A stretch of 61,464 bases of DNA, the filler included. It is 5 parts of 5 records of this genome, joined end to end, with 100 filler letters (N's around TTAATTAATTAA, not from the genome) between each part and the next. Parts side by side here need not be neighbours in the genome. Positions count along the whole stretch, not along the records: positions 30,098 to 43,676 come from SRR2962707_1660; positions 43,777 to 50,142 come from SRR2962707_1661; 3 more parts are not named here. The stretch is one strand, 5' to 3'. The position numbers and the translations under genes are program-made. The notes below the pieces were generated by a model. That model made no database searches and had not been told where the DNA came from. It saw only the letters and a program-made list of their open reading frames with translations. Positions 36,923 through 46,879 of this stretch are shown piece by piece (within the stretch, counting starts at the first letter, position 1; each line of letters starts with the position of its first letter).

Positions 36923-38122
36923 TCAGCTACGTGAGGGCCTCGGACTGCCTTCATCCTTCTTGCGCCAGCCCGGTGTCATGCCTTCGCGCATCGCCAAAAG
37001 CCTGAGCGGCGGGATTGCAGACAACGCAGCCAATCCACCTGCGCGCAGGGCCTGAACCGGCAGAAACGAACTTAACAAGGCACGATTGAGCAGATCAACT
37101 CCGGCTGTCCGGCTGGTCACATCGATACGGCGCTGGCGATTGAATGCACGGACGGCCTGTGGCGCGTTCTGCGGCCCGCCCGCATCGGTGATCGACTGCA
37201 TAGCCTGCATGATGTCCCGGAGACCGAGATTGAGCCCCTGCGCTCCGATCGGGGGAAAGGCGTGTCCGGTTTCACCCACCAGCATGGTCCGGCCGTTGCC
37301 GAAACTCTCGGCGATGAGGCTGGACAGCGGCCAGGCCTGAACCTCACCCTCTACCTCGACAGCGCCCAGGATCGACCGCATCCGCGATTCCACTTCCGCA
37401 TTCAGGGCATCGCGTGAAAGGGCACGTATCCCATCCACCTCTTCTGGTCTGACCGCCCAGACGAGGCTGGAGCGATTGCCCGGGAGCGGCACCTGGGTGA
37501 AGGGCCCACGTTCGGTGTGAAACTCGGTCGAGGTGTCCGCGTGGCTGATCGAGTGGGAAAAATTCATCACCAGTGCGGTCTGCGGGTACGACCAGGTCTT
37601 GACCTTGATGCCGATGGCGTCCCGCAGCTTCGAGCCGCGCCCGTCCGCGGCAAGAGCCGCCAGCGTCTTTACGACCGTGCCGTCCTCCAACACTAGATTT
37701 ACAGCCTCATCGGACTGCTCAGCCTCCAGCATCGGGCTCTCGAACCGGTCAATCAACTCAGATTGGCGTGTTGCGGCCTGGAGCACGTCGAAAAGGGGCT
37801 GGTTGGGAATGTTGTAACCAAAGGCATCGAGATCGATTTCGCTGGAGCGGAAAGAAACCGGCGGGGCGCGAAACAGCCGCGTGGTGCCATCAAGGATGCG
37901 CATGGTGCGCAAGGGAGCCGAGACCGGCCGCACATCTTCCCATATGCCAAGCCAGGTCAACAGTTCGATCGATTCCGACAGCAAGGCGGTGGTTCGGCCA
38001 TCCTGGCGTGGAGGCTGTGGCGCAATGAATGCCACGCGCCATCCTTGTGCCGCCGCCGCAAGGGCTGCCACGGATCCGGCCAGGCCGCCACCGATGACCG
38101 CGATGTCATACTGCTCACGCAA
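36923..38122 (-). CDS. UbiH/UbiF family FAD-dependent hydroxylase
   Basis: IGGGLAG, AADGRGS, GETGHAFPPIGAQGLNLGLRD; TTG start. Confidence 0.92.
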   Translation of the reverse strand: MREQYDIAVIGGGLAGSVAALAAAAQGWRVAFIAPQPPRQDGRTTALLSESIELLTWLGIWEDVRPVSAPLRTMRILDGTTRLFRAPPVSFRSSEIDLDAFGYNIPNQPLFDVLQAATRQSELIDRFESPMLEAEQSDEAVNLVLEDGTVVKTLAALAADGRGSKLRDAIGIKVKTWSYPQTALVMNFSHSISHADTSTEFHTERGPFTQVPLPGNRSSLVWAVRPEEVDGIRALSRDALNAEVESRMRSILGAVEVEGEVQAWPLSSLIAESFGNGRTMLVGETGHAFPPIGAQGLNLGLRDIMQAMQSITDAGGPQNAPQAVRAFNRQRRIDVTSRTAGVDLLNRALLSSFLPVQALRAGGLAALSAIPPLRLLAMREGMTPGWRKKDEGSPRPSRS

Positions 38123-38214
38123 ATCTTTGCCCTTTCACTGTCTCGCCAATTGCCATTGGGCTGGTCCATCCTTTACATCGCCTGAGCAACGAACTCCATG
38201 GGATCATTTGGCGC

Positions 38215-39147
38215 ATGTTCACACCCCGCCGCGACACAGATCCGCTCGAAGGCCGGTTTGATCAACTGGACCGCTCAGGGCGCATGATCGCCAGGCTGGC
38301 GCGCCGTCCGGTGTGGCCGGTGCTTGCGATGGTGCTGCTGACTGCCGGACTTGCCTGGTGGTTCCTGATGTCAATGGCGGGCTCGATCATTGAGATTCAG
38401 GGAACACCGCGTCCGCTGGGACCGGGGATGTCTCTGATATCGCGCTTTCTTCCGGTTGAGCCGGGCTCCTTTGCGGCAACGATTGCAGACCTTTGCTTGT
38501 CAGCGGAGGCCGGGCTCGTGCTTTCCAGCGGCTCGTTTCCGGCCCTGGCCACGGCATTGTACGTCATGTGGTTTGCAATGTCGGCTGCGATGATGTTGCC
38601 GACGGCCGCCCCCATGATCCGCACCTACGCCGAAATTGCCGACACCGCAGTGGTGCGTGGCGAGCCAGTGGTGCATCCCGCTGTTTTGACCGCCGGTTAT
38701 TTGAGCGTCTGGGCTCTGGCAGCCGTCGGCTTCACGCTGGTGCAACTGGCAATAGTGCAACTTAGTGCAACGTCCGCCACCAGCCCGGTCAAGGGAGTGA
38801 TTGCGGGACTTATCCTGCTCTGCGCAGGTCTCTATCAATTCACCTCCCTGAAGGAAGCGTGCCTGACGAAATGCCGCAATCCGTTCACCACGCTATTTGC
38901 GCGCTGGAAGAGCAGCGTTGGCGGGGTATTCCGGCTCGGTATGGAACAAGGTATGTGGTGCCTGGGCTGTTGCTGGGCGCTGATGCTGATCATGCTTGCA
39001 GTGGGCAGCATGAATGTGATCTGGATGGCGGCGCTCACACTGTTCACATTTCTGGAGAAAACCAGGGCAGGGCGGGTGACAACGAAAGCCGGCGGCGCGA
39101 TAATAAGCGTTTGGGGAGCTGCGCTGATCTGGAGCGCATTGGCATGA
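38215..39147 (+). CDS. DUF2182 predicted metal-binding integral membrane protein
   Basis: MWFAMSAAMMLP, YQFTSLKEACLTKCRNP, CLGCCWALM, MNVIWM. Confidence 0.9.
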   Translation: MFTPRRDTDPLEGRFDQLDRSGRMIARLARRPVWPVLAMVLLTAGLAWWFLMSMAGSIIEIQGTPRPLGPGMSLISRFLPVEPGSFAATIADLCLSAEAGLVLSSGSFPALATALYVMWFAMSAAMMLPTAAPMIRTYAEIADTAVVRGEPVVHPAVLTAGYLSVWALAAVGFTLVQLAIVQLSATSATSPVKGVIAGLILLCAGLYQFTSLKEACLTKCRNPFTTLFARWKSSVGGVFRLGMEQGMWCLGCCWALMLIMLAVGSMNVIWMAALTLFTFLEKTRAGRVTTKAGGAIISVWGAALIWSALA

Positions 39148-39171
39148 CAAGGTTTGAGGGAGAAAACGTGT

Positions 39172-39789
39172 ATGGCTGATGTCGAGTGGGCCTTGAAAGG
39201 TGAGTTGGTACTGTCTTGCAATTGCACGGTATTCTGTCCCTGCGTGATATCGCTCGGCCAACATCCACCCACGGAAGGCTATTGCCAGACCTGGGCCGGG
39301 TTCCGGGTCGACAACGGCTATTACGGCGACACTGATCTGTCGGGACTCAATCTCGGGCTGATCATGGAAATCCCGGGCTATATGAGCCGTGGCAACTGGA
39401 CCGCCGGTCTGTTTGTCGACAAGCGCGCCTCGATCTACGCCACCAAGGCCTTCACGAAGATTTTCACCGGCAAGGCCGGCGGCACGACATCGCTGCTGTC
39501 TATCCTGGTCGGCAACTTCCTCGGTGTGCAGCAGGAGCCGATCAGCTACGAGGTCGAAGACAAGAAACGGATCTTCAAGATTCCGAAGATCATTGATGGT
39601 GTCGTCGCGCCAATTCCGGGCAAGACCCATGGCGAGGATACGGTGATTTCCAACTCTGAATACTGGATCGCACCGGAAATCATCGTGGCCAAATCGGAGC
39701 GTTCGAAAATGCGCGCCTTTGGCCGCAACTGGAACTTTGCCGGACGCTCGGCTGAAATCTGCGCCCTCGACTGGAGCGGCCCTAACTGA
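39172..39789 (+). CDS. DUF1326 protein
   Basis: W.LKGE...SCNCTVFCPC...PTEGYC; typical partner of DUF2182; GGAG RBS. Confidence 0.9.
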   Translation: MADVEWALKGELVLSCNCTVFCPCVISLGQHPPTEGYCQTWAGFRVDNGYYGDTDLSGLNLGLIMEIPGYMSRGNWTAGLFVDKRASIYATKAFTKIFTGKAGGTTSLLSILVGNFLGVQQEPISYEVEDKKRIFKIPKIIDGVVAPIPGKTHGEDTVISNSEYWIAPEIIVAKSERSKMRAFGRNWNFAGRSAEICALDWSGPN

Positions 39790-39814
39790 CATTGCGCTGG
39801 GAGGCGCGGGCGGC

Positions 39815-40552
39815 ATGAAGCTTCCATTCAAATATCGCCGCGTTCCCTACGCGGAAATCCGGGCGTTTTCGGTTCATATCCTGACCGCCAGCGGGTCGTT
39901 CATGGCGTTTCTGGCGCTGGTGGCTGCTGCCGAAGGCCGATTTGTCGATCTGTGGTGGTGGCTTGCCGTGGCCATGCTGATTGACGGCATCGACGGGCCG
40001 ATTGCGCGCAAGCTCAATGTCAAGGAAGTGCTGCCCAACTGGTCGGGCGTGATGCTCGACAACGTGATCGACTACGTCACCTATGTGCTGATCCCGGCAT
40101 TCGCGCTCTATCAGAGCGGTATGATCGGCGAGCCGCTGTCATTTGTGGCTGCCGGTCTGATTGTGGTGTCGAGTGCAATCTATTACGCCGATATGGGGAT
40201 GAAGACCGATGAGAATTTCTTCTCCGGCTTCCCGGTGGCCTGGAACATGCTGGTCTACACGCTGTTTGTGACGAGTGCGTCCGAGGCGGTTGCCTTCGCC
40301 ATCGTTCTGGCCGCGGTCTTCATGACCTTCCTTCCGATCAATTTCCTGCATCCCGTCCGGGTCGTCCGGCTCCGGTGGCTCAATCTGAGCGTATTTGCGA
40401 TCTGGTCCGTGTTGTCGGGCTATGCATTGTTGTTGCGTTTTGACAGTCCCGAGTGGCTGATGTGGGCGGTAATGCTGACCGGCGGTTACCTTTTTGTCAT
40501 TGGCGGGATCATGCAGATGTTCCCCGGTCTAGGGCAGCGTAAATCTAGCTAG
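39815..40552 (+). CDS. pcsA: Phosphatidylcholine synthase
   Basis: VHILTASG, DGIDGPIAR...G..LDNVIDY CDP-alcohol phosphotransferase motif, FSGFP..WN. Confidence 0.93.
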   Translation: MKLPFKYRRVPYAEIRAFSVHILTASGSFMAFLALVAAAEGRFVDLWWWLAVAMLIDGIDGPIARKLNVKEVLPNWSGVMLDNVIDYVTYVLIPAFALYQSGMIGEPLSFVAAGLIVVSSAIYYADMGMKTDENFFSGFPVAWNMLVYTLFVTSASEAVAFAIVLAAVFMTFLPINFLHPVRVVRLRWLNLSVFAIWSVLSGYALLLRFDSPEWLMWAVMLTGGYLFVIGGIMQMFPGLGQRKSS

Positions 40553-40606
40553 ACCATTATAAATGCTACATATTTTTCTACTTTTGCCGCATTGGAGAAT
40601 ACCGAG

Positions 40607-41581
40607 ATGAAAGCAATTCTTGTTTCACAGCACGGCGGTCCGGACGTTCTGGAATGGCACGACCATCAGGTTGGTGAACCCGGACCAGGCGAGGTCAAGG
40701 TCCGGCACGAGGCTGTTGGCCTGAACTTTATCGACGTGTACTTCCGGTCCGGACTTTATCCGGCTCCGAACGGCTTGCCGCTGGTTCCCGGCAATGAAGG
40801 CGCCGGCGTTGTGACTGCCGTGGGCGAGGGCGTGACCCTGTTCAAAGAGGGCGACCGGGTGGCCTATGCAGGACCGATTGGCGCCTATGCGCAGGAGCGG
40901 TTGATCGCGGCCGAAAAGCTGGTCCAGGTGCCCGACGATATTGAGCTCGATGTGGCGGCCAGCATGATGCTCAAGGGCATGACGGCGGAGTACCTGTTAC
41001 GGCGAACCTATGACGTGAAGCCAGGCGACACGATTCTCTACCATGCCGCGGCGGGCGGTGTTGGCCTGATCGTTGGTCAGTGGGCCAAGGCACTTGGCGC
41101 CACCGTGATCGGAACCGTCGGTTCACAGGAAAAGGCGGAGCTGGCCACAGCGCACGGTTATGATCATGTGATCAATTACCGGACAGAGGATTTTGTCGAG
41201 CGGGTCAAGGACATCACCGGCGGCAAGGGCACCGACGTGGTTTACGATTCGGTCGGCAAGGACACCTTCCCAGGTTCGCTGGACTGCCTGAAACCACGCG
41301 GCCTCTGGGCCAGTTTCGGCCAGTCGTCAGGTCCGATCGAACCTTTCAACATTGGTATGCTGGCACAAAAGGGATCGCTGTTTGCAACGCGGCCTACGCT
41401 GTTTACCTATATCGCCAGCCGACCGGAGCTTGAAGCCTCAGCGGGTGCGCTGTTTGACGTGGTCTCCCGCGGGGTCGTGAAGATAGGGATCAATCAGCGA
41501 TACCCGCTTGCCGAAGCCGCGCGTGCGCATACCGATCTGGAGGGACGCAAGACCACCGGAACCACGGTATTGTTGCCGTGA
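40607..41581 (+). CDS. qor: NADPH:quinone oxidoreductase (zeta-crystallin/Qor family)
   Basis: GLNFIDVYFRSGLY, HAAAGGVG, YDSVGKDTF, KGSLFATRP. Confidence 0.92.
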   Translation: MKAILVSQHGGPDVLEWHDHQVGEPGPGEVKVRHEAVGLNFIDVYFRSGLYPAPNGLPLVPGNEGAGVVTAVGEGVTLFKEGDRVAYAGPIGAYAQERLIAAEKLVQVPDDIELDVAASMMLKGMTAEYLLRRTYDVKPGDTILYHAAAGGVGLIVGQWAKALGATVIGTVGSQEKAELATAHGYDHVINYRTEDFVERVKDITGGKGTDVVYDSVGKDTFPGSLDCLKPRGLWASFGQSSGPIEPFNIGMLAQKGSLFATRPTLFTYIASRPELEASAGALFDVVSRGVVKIGINQRYPLAEAARAHTDLEGRKTTGTTVLLP

Positions 41582-41717
41582 GCCGGATCCATAATCCATC
41601 GATCGGATCCGAAACACTATCAGGATATTTTTGAGAAAGCGGCCCGGTAACAGCATTTTTCGAAGAACCAAGATTTCGACGCTTTGAATTTGCTTGCAGT
41701 TTTCGATCTCGGCTCAC

Positions 41718-41732
41718 TTGTGCGACGCACAA
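41718..41732. promoter_or_regulatory. Perfect palindrome, PhaR/AniA-like operator candidate
   Basis: TTGTGCG-A-CGCACAA containing TGC-N3-GCA, in an AT-rich 300-bp intergenic region. Confidence 0.5.
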
Positions 41733-41881
41733 TTATTGCGTTTGATGGTGAAATTCAGAAATGATTACTGACGTCCGGCCACTTGAATTTCCCGGACATA
41801 TGGTGAAGCTTGTTTCTTGTGCTTCGAATATAAATGCCTCAAAAGTAGGCGATTTCGAGGTTGCGGAATTCAGGGGGTGAC

Positions 41882-43456
41882 GTGCAAAACCAGAACACCG
41901 AAACGCCGCTTTTGGAGACAAAAGGGCTGACAAAGATTTTCGGAAGCCTGAGAGCCTGCGACGGGATCGACCTCGCAATTGCTCCGGGGGAAATTCACGC
42001 GCTCCTGGGGGAAAACGGGGCCGGCAAGTCAACGCTGGTCAAGATGCTGTTCGGCGTTCTGGATCCGAGTGCCGGGGAAATACTGTGGAAGGGCAAACCT
42101 GTCAGCATCGGCAGCCCTGGTGAAGCACGCGCCACCGGAGTGGGAATGGTGTTTCAGCATTTCTCGCTGTTTGAGGCACTGACGGTGGCCGAGAACATCG
42201 CGCTGGCGCTGGATGGAAACGTCGCCATTGACCAGATCTCCGAAGAGGCACGACGTCTTTCGCTTGAATACGGACTGCCGCTGGATCCGTCGGCTCATGT
42301 CGCCGATTTGTCAGTCGGCGAACGTCAGCGCATCGAAATTGTCAGGGCGCTGCTGCAAAACCCCGAACTGATCATTCTCGACGAACCGACCTCGGTGCTG
42401 ACCCCGCAAGAGGCCGACAAGCTGTTCGAGACGCTCGCCAAGCTGAAGGCGGAAGGGCGTTCGGTTCTTTACATCAGCCACCGGCTTGAGGAGGTGCAGC
42501 GCATCTGCGACCGCGCCACCGTGCTGCGCCATGGCAAAGTCACAGGCGCGTGTGATCCGCGCCAGGAAACACCGTCTTCGCTGGCCCGCATGATGGTTGG
42601 CGGCGAAGTGGCCGCAATATCCGGCGCCGGGCTCGGCGAACCGGGTGAATTGCTGATTGAAGTCAAGAAGCTCAGCGCGCCCTCGCGATCTCCCTTTGCG
42701 GTGGCGCTCAAGGACATCGACCTGTCGGTTCGGGCAGGCGAAGTGGTGGCAATCGCCGGTGTTGCCGGAAACGGGCAGAGCGAATTGTTCGATGTGCTGT
42801 CGGGTGAAGACCGGGTCGCCGATGCCGAGGCAATCCTCATCCGCGGCAAGGCGGTCGGACGCATGGGGATCACCGACCGGCGTTTGATGGGGTGCGGGTT
42901 CGTTCCTGAAGAGCGGCATGGCCATGCGGCGGTGACCGAAATGCCGCTGACTGCCAATCTGGTCCTGTCGCGTCATACCTCGGATCGCTCGGCCTTTCTG
43001 TCTGGCGGACCACTGAAACTGATCAACACGGACGCAGTCGCCAAGGCCTGCAAACGGATCTGTGAGGTCATGGACGTCCGCAAGTCGGGCGATGACCCGG
43101 CGGCGGGCTCGCTTTCAGGCGGCAATCTACAGAAATTCATTGTCGGGCGTGAACTGGATCGCCAGCCGGTGGTGCTGGTGGTCAATCAGCCGACCTGGGG
43201 CGTGGACGCAGGCGCTGCCAGCCGCATTCGCCAGGCCCTGATCGATCTGGCCAAGAGCGGCTCTGCCGTCGTCGTCATATCTCAGGATCTAGATGAAGTG
43301 TTTGAAATTGCGAGCCGCATCGCCGTGATCAACGAAGGCCATCTTTCGGATCCCGAACCGGCATCTTCGATGACACGCGAGCGCATCGGGTTGTTGATGG
43401 GCGGGTTCCACGATGGAACCGGTCATGCCCACGTGGAGGCCGCCCATGCGCATTGA
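41882..43456 (+). CDS. CUT2-type ABC transporter ATP-binding protein (nucleoside/purine-like)
   Basis: GENGAGKST, LSVGERQR, ILDEPT, LSGGNLQK; two fused ABC domains; GTG start. Confidence 0.93.
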   Translation: MQNQNTETPLLETKGLTKIFGSLRACDGIDLAIAPGEIHALLGENGAGKSTLVKMLFGVLDPSAGEILWKGKPVSIGSPGEARATGVGMVFQHFSLFEALTVAENIALALDGNVAIDQISEEARRLSLEYGLPLDPSAHVADLSVGERQRIEIVRALLQNPELIILDEPTSVLTPQEADKLFETLAKLKAEGRSVLYISHRLEEVQRICDRATVLRHGKVTGACDPRQETPSSLARMMVGGEVAAISGAGLGEPGELLIEVKKLSAPSRSPFAVALKDIDLSVRAGEVVAIAGVAGNGQSELFDVLSGEDRVADAEAILIRGKAVGRMGITDRRLMGCGFVPEERHGHAAVTEMPLTANLVLSRHTSDRSAFLSGGPLKLINTDAVAKACKRICEVMDVRKSGDDPAAGSLSGGNLQKFIVGRELDRQPVVLVVNQPTWGVDAGAASRIRQALIDLAKSGSAVVVISQDLDEVFEIASRIAVINEGHLSDPEPASSMTRERIGLLMGGFHDGTGHAHVEAAHAH

Positions 43457-43676
43457 ACTGAAAAAGCGCGAAAACATGTCTTCGCTGTTTTCTATCCTGT
43501 CTCCGTTCATTGCGCTGGGGCTAACACTCATCGCAGGTGTCATTCTGTTTGTGTCGCTTGGCAAGGATCCGGTGTCGGCCCTCTACAGCTTCTTCATCGA
43601 GCCGTTGACCGAAGTCTGGTCGCTGCATGAGCTGGCGATCAAGGCGGCGCCGCTGATCCTGATCGCCGTCGGCCTG
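43446..43676 (+). CDS. ABC transporter permease, 5' fragment
   Basis: MRIELKKRE..., KAAPLILIAVGL; overlaps ATPase stop; cut by contig end. Confidence 0.88.
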
Positions 43677-43776
43677 NNNNNNNNNNNNNNNNNNNNNNNN
43701 NNNNNNNNNNNNNNNNNNNNTTAATTAATTAANNNNNNNNNNNNNNNNNNNNNNNNNNNNNNNNNNNNNNNNNNNN
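43677..43776. other. Artificial contig linker
   Basis: 44 N + TTAATTAATTAA + 44 N. Confidence 0.99.
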
Positions 43777-43844
43777 AGCGCGTTCCGAAAAGTGGGAACC
43801 GGTTTTTGGAACAACCCGGGCGGCAAAAAACCGATGAGGTTGGA
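43777..43844. repeat. Alphaproteobacterial palindromic intergenic repeat at contig start
   Basis: GTTCCGAAAAGTGGGAACCGGTTTTTGGAAC; shares core AAAAGTG-N3-A-N-CGGTTTT and following CAAC with 35303-35373. Confidence 0.7.
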
Positions 43845-43854
43845 GGAGAAAAAC

Positions 43855-44946
43855 ATGTTGGGCAAAGAAGCGGTCTGGGCGCTTGGCGCGATGTCGGGCA
43901 CGTCGCTGGATGGTGTGGATGCGGCGCTGCTGCAAACTGATGGCCACGAAATCACAGGGTTCGGCGCATCAGGCTATCGCGCCTATAGCGATGGCGAAGC
44001 CGAAGTGCTGCGCGCCGCACTGGGCCGCTGGCCGGGGCCGGGGCTGGAACAGGCGCTTGATGTGGTGCAATCCGCCCACACCCAGGCGCTGGAGCAATTT
44101 CCCTGCGCGCAAATCGTCGGCTTTCACGGTCAGACGTTGGCCCATGAACCGGGCGGGCGGGGCACGCATCAGCTGGGCGATGGTGCGGCGCTGGCGCGCG
44201 CGCTGGGGGTGCCGGTGGTTTGGGATTTCCGCAGCCTTGACGTGGCGCAGGGCGGGCAAGGCGCGCCGCTGGCGCCGTTCTTTCACTTTGCCTGTGCGCG
44301 CTGGATCGGTGCCACCGAACCGCTGGCTTTTCTGAACCTTGGTGGGGTTGGGAACCTCACCTGGATCGATCCAACCTTTGACCACCCCCAGGATCCGGGT
44401 GCGCTTCTGGCATTTGACACCGGCCCCGCCAATGCGCCGATCAACGACCTGATGATGCGCCGACGGGGGCAGGACTGTGACCGCGACGGCGCGCTGGCCT
44501 CTAGCGGCACGGTCTATCAAACCGCAGTTGCGCGGTTTTTGCAGGCGGCGTATTTTCAAAAGGCACCGCCAAAATCGCTGGACCGTGACGATTTTCCGCA
44601 GATCCCGGATCTGGTGCGGGACCTGTCAGACCGGGATGCCGTCGCGACCCTGACCGCCATGGCGGCAGCGTCGGTGATTCACGGTATGGCCCATTGCCCG
44701 ACGCCCCCCACACGGCTGTTGGTGACTGGGGGCGGGCGGCACAACCCGGTGCTGATGGCGATGCTGACCGCCGGTTTGACATGTGACGTGCTACCGGTTG
44801 AATCTGTCGGGCTGGACGGCGACATGCTCGAAGCACAGGCATTTGCTTATCTCGCCGTGCGGGTGGCGCGGGGGCTGCCGACCTCTTGTCCGGCCACCAC
44901 CGGTGTGGGCAGCCCGGTCGCCGGCGGGCAGACCAGCCAACCGTGA
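43855..44946 (+). CDS. anmK: Anhydro-N-acetylmuramic acid kinase
   Basis: [41 protein letters not shown]. Confidence 0.96.
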   Translation: MLGKEAVWALGAMSGTSLDGVDAALLQTDGHEITGFGASGYRAYSDGEAEVLRAALGRWPGPGLEQALDVVQSAHTQALEQFPCAQIVGFHGQTLAHEPGGRGTHQLGDGAALARALGVPVVWDFRSLDVAQGGQGAPLAPFFHFACARWIGATEPLAFLNLGGVGNLTWIDPTFDHPQDPGALLAFDTGPANAPINDLMMRRRGQDCDRDGALASSGTVYQTAVARFLQAAYFQKAPPKSLDRDDFPQIPDLVRDLSDRDAVATLTAMAAASVIHGMAHCPTPPTRLLVTGGGRHNPVLMAMLTAGLTCDVLPVESVGLDGDMLEAQAFAYLAVRVARGLPTSCPATTGVGSPVAGGQTSQP

Positions 44947-44991
44947 CCACGCCCCGACAGCGCCGCAAACCTGCCGGGTGCTGCGCGCCGG

Positions 44992-45027
44992 GCAGGGCCG
45001 GATGCAGGGCCGGATGCTGGGGCGGTG
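44992..45027. repeat. 12-bp tandem repeat (2 exact + 1 degenerate)
   Basis: GCAGGGCCGGAT GCAGGGCCGGAT GCTGGGGCGGTG. Confidence 0.7.
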
Positions 45028-45089
45028 GTGCCACGGTTCGTTAGATCTTGATGCCGCACACTCTCTCAAACCCGCCAGATCCCGATGTG

Positions 45090-45139
45090 CCATACTGCAA
45101 CCATACGGATTCCATACGAAAACCATACGCTTGCCATAC
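45090..45139. repeat. Five CCATAC hexamers at exact 11-bp period
   Basis: CCATAC starts at 45090, 45101, 45112, 45123, 45134 with variable 5-bp spacers. Confidence 0.95.
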
Positions 45140-45250
45140 CGCGGAAAAGCCGGAAATAATTATGAATATCAGTCAGTTGCATGTATCCGCCACCAGTCGG
45201 GGACAAAACCACCCCCGCCGTTGCGCGTACGCTGCCTTGGCTCAGGGTGA

Positions 45251-46258
45251 TCAGCCGCCGGTGTGGCTCATGTGGCGGGACACGCGGCCATCCACCGATT
45301 GGCGGGAATAGTCGAAATCATGGCCCTTGGGCTTTAGCGTAATCGCCGTGCGAATGGCCTCTTCCAGCGGGGCATCGGTGCCGGGATGGTTGCGCAGGGC
45401 AGATCGCAGATCGGCGTTGTCCTCTTGCCCCAGGCACATGAACAATTCGCCCGTGCAGGTCAGCCGCACCCGGTTGCAGCTTTCGCAGAAATTATGCGTC
45501 AGCGGTGTGATGAATCCGATCTTCTGGCCGGTCTCTTCCAGCCGCACATACCGCGCCGGACCGCCGGAATTTTCAGGCAGGTCAGTCAGGGTGTAATGCT
45601 GGCCAAGTGTCTGACGCAGATCGGATAATTTCCAGTATTGACCCAGGCGATCCTCGTTGCCGATATCGCCCATCGGCATCACTTCGATCCAGGTCAGGTC
45701 CATGTCGCGGCTGTGGCACCATTCGGTCAGGGTGATCAACTCATCCTCGTTGAAAGCCTTCAGCGCGACAGTGTTGATCTTGACCCGCAGACCGGCCTTT
45801 TGCGCCGCATCAATGCCGCGCAGCACCTGCGGCAGGCGACCCCAACGGGTGATGTCGGCAAATTTCTGCTCGTCCAGCGTATCAAGCGAAATGTTCACCC
45901 GCCGCACACCGGCGGCAAACAGATCATCCGCGAACCGTTCGAGCTGGGACCCGTTCGTCGTTAGCGTCAGTTCCCTTAGGGCACCCGATTCCAGATGCCG
46001 CGTCATCGCGCGGAAAAACGTCATGATATCGCGCCGCACCAGCGGTTCACCGCCGGTGATGCGCAACTTTTCCACCCCAAGACCCACAAATGTCGAACAC
46101 ATGCGATCCAGCTCTTCGAGGGTCAAAAGCTCTTTCTTCGGCAGAAAGGTCATGTTTTCAGACATGCAGTAGACACATCGGAAATCGCAACGGTCGGTCA
46201 CCGACACGCGCAGATAATTGATGGGTCGCTGGAATGGGTCTATCAATGGGGTTTTCAT
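45251..46258 (-). CDS. moaA: GTP 3',8-cyclase (molybdenum cofactor biosynthesis)
   Basis: [39 protein letters not shown]-terminal GG. Confidence 0.98.
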   Translation of the reverse strand: MKTPLIDPFQRPINYLRVSVTDRCDFRCVYCMSENMTFLPKKELLTLEELDRMCSTFVGLGVEKLRITGGEPLVRRDIMTFFRAMTRHLESGALRELTLTTNGSQLERFADDLFAAGVRRVNISLDTLDEQKFADITRWGRLPQVLRGIDAAQKAGLRVKINTVALKAFNEDELITLTEWCHSRDMDLTWIEVMPMGDIGNEDRLGQYWKLSDLRQTLGQHYTLTDLPENSGGPARYVRLEETGQKIGFITPLTHNFCESCNRVRLTCTGELFMCLGQEDNADLRSALRNHPGTDAPLEEAIRTAITLKPKGHDFDYSRQSVDGRVSRHMSHTGG

Positions 46259-46341
46259 GTCTGCGAACCTAGTATTCCCCGAACCAATGAGCAAGTATTG
46301 TGCAGAGTATGTATGCGAGACAAAGGTCGTGGACGATGAAT

Positions 46342-46827
46342 ATGAAATGGGCTCTTCTGATCGCTCTGGCACCTCTGGTGGCCGGATGCGCAAACGGATT
46401 TTCCTTTAAGCCCAATCCGGTAGGTACGCCCATCCAAACCGCCACCACGGATGTCGATGCAACGCGCCCGCCAACCCGCACCGCCCCGGCAGAGGCACGC
46501 ACCGCCGCACAATTCGACGTGACCACACCGCAGGAACGCGCGGCCGCCGCTGCCCCCGTGAAATCTGCCGGGGAACGCGCGCTTGGCAGCACCGTCGCTT
46601 CGCTGGGTGATCCATCGCGTGTCGGGTTTTGGCTTGAAACGCCACTGGTGGACGCGCCGGGCAAGGGCCTTGTTGTGTTTCCCAGCACCGGAAAATCGGC
46701 CAATGTCGATCTGATCCCGATTGCCGGTCCCGCAACCGCAGGCAGCCGCCTGTCCCTGTCTGCCATGCGCCTGATCGACGCCGCACTGACCGATCTGCCA
46801 ACGATCGAGGTTTACGCCGGGGGCTGA
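46342..46827 (+). CDS. Hypothetical lipoprotein
   Basis: VAGC lipobox; [11 protein letters not shown]...GFWLETPLV; divergent from moaA. Confidence 0.75.
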   Translation: MKWALLIALAPLVAGCANGFSFKPNPVGTPIQTATTDVDATRPPTRTAPAEARTAAQFDVTTPQERAAAAAPVKSAGERALGSTVASLGDPSRVGFWLETPLVDAPGKGLVVFPSTGKSANVDLIPIAGPATAGSRLSLSAMRLIDAALTDLPTIEVYAGG

Positions 46828-46879
46828 GCCCCCGGGCGCGGCTTGGGCGATTTTTACGATTTTAGAATGAAACGACGCC

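Noticed and set aside
45090-45139. Possible mini-CRISPR
   Set aside because: 6-bp repeats with 5-bp spacers are far too short, and no cas genes are present; kept as a phased array instead.
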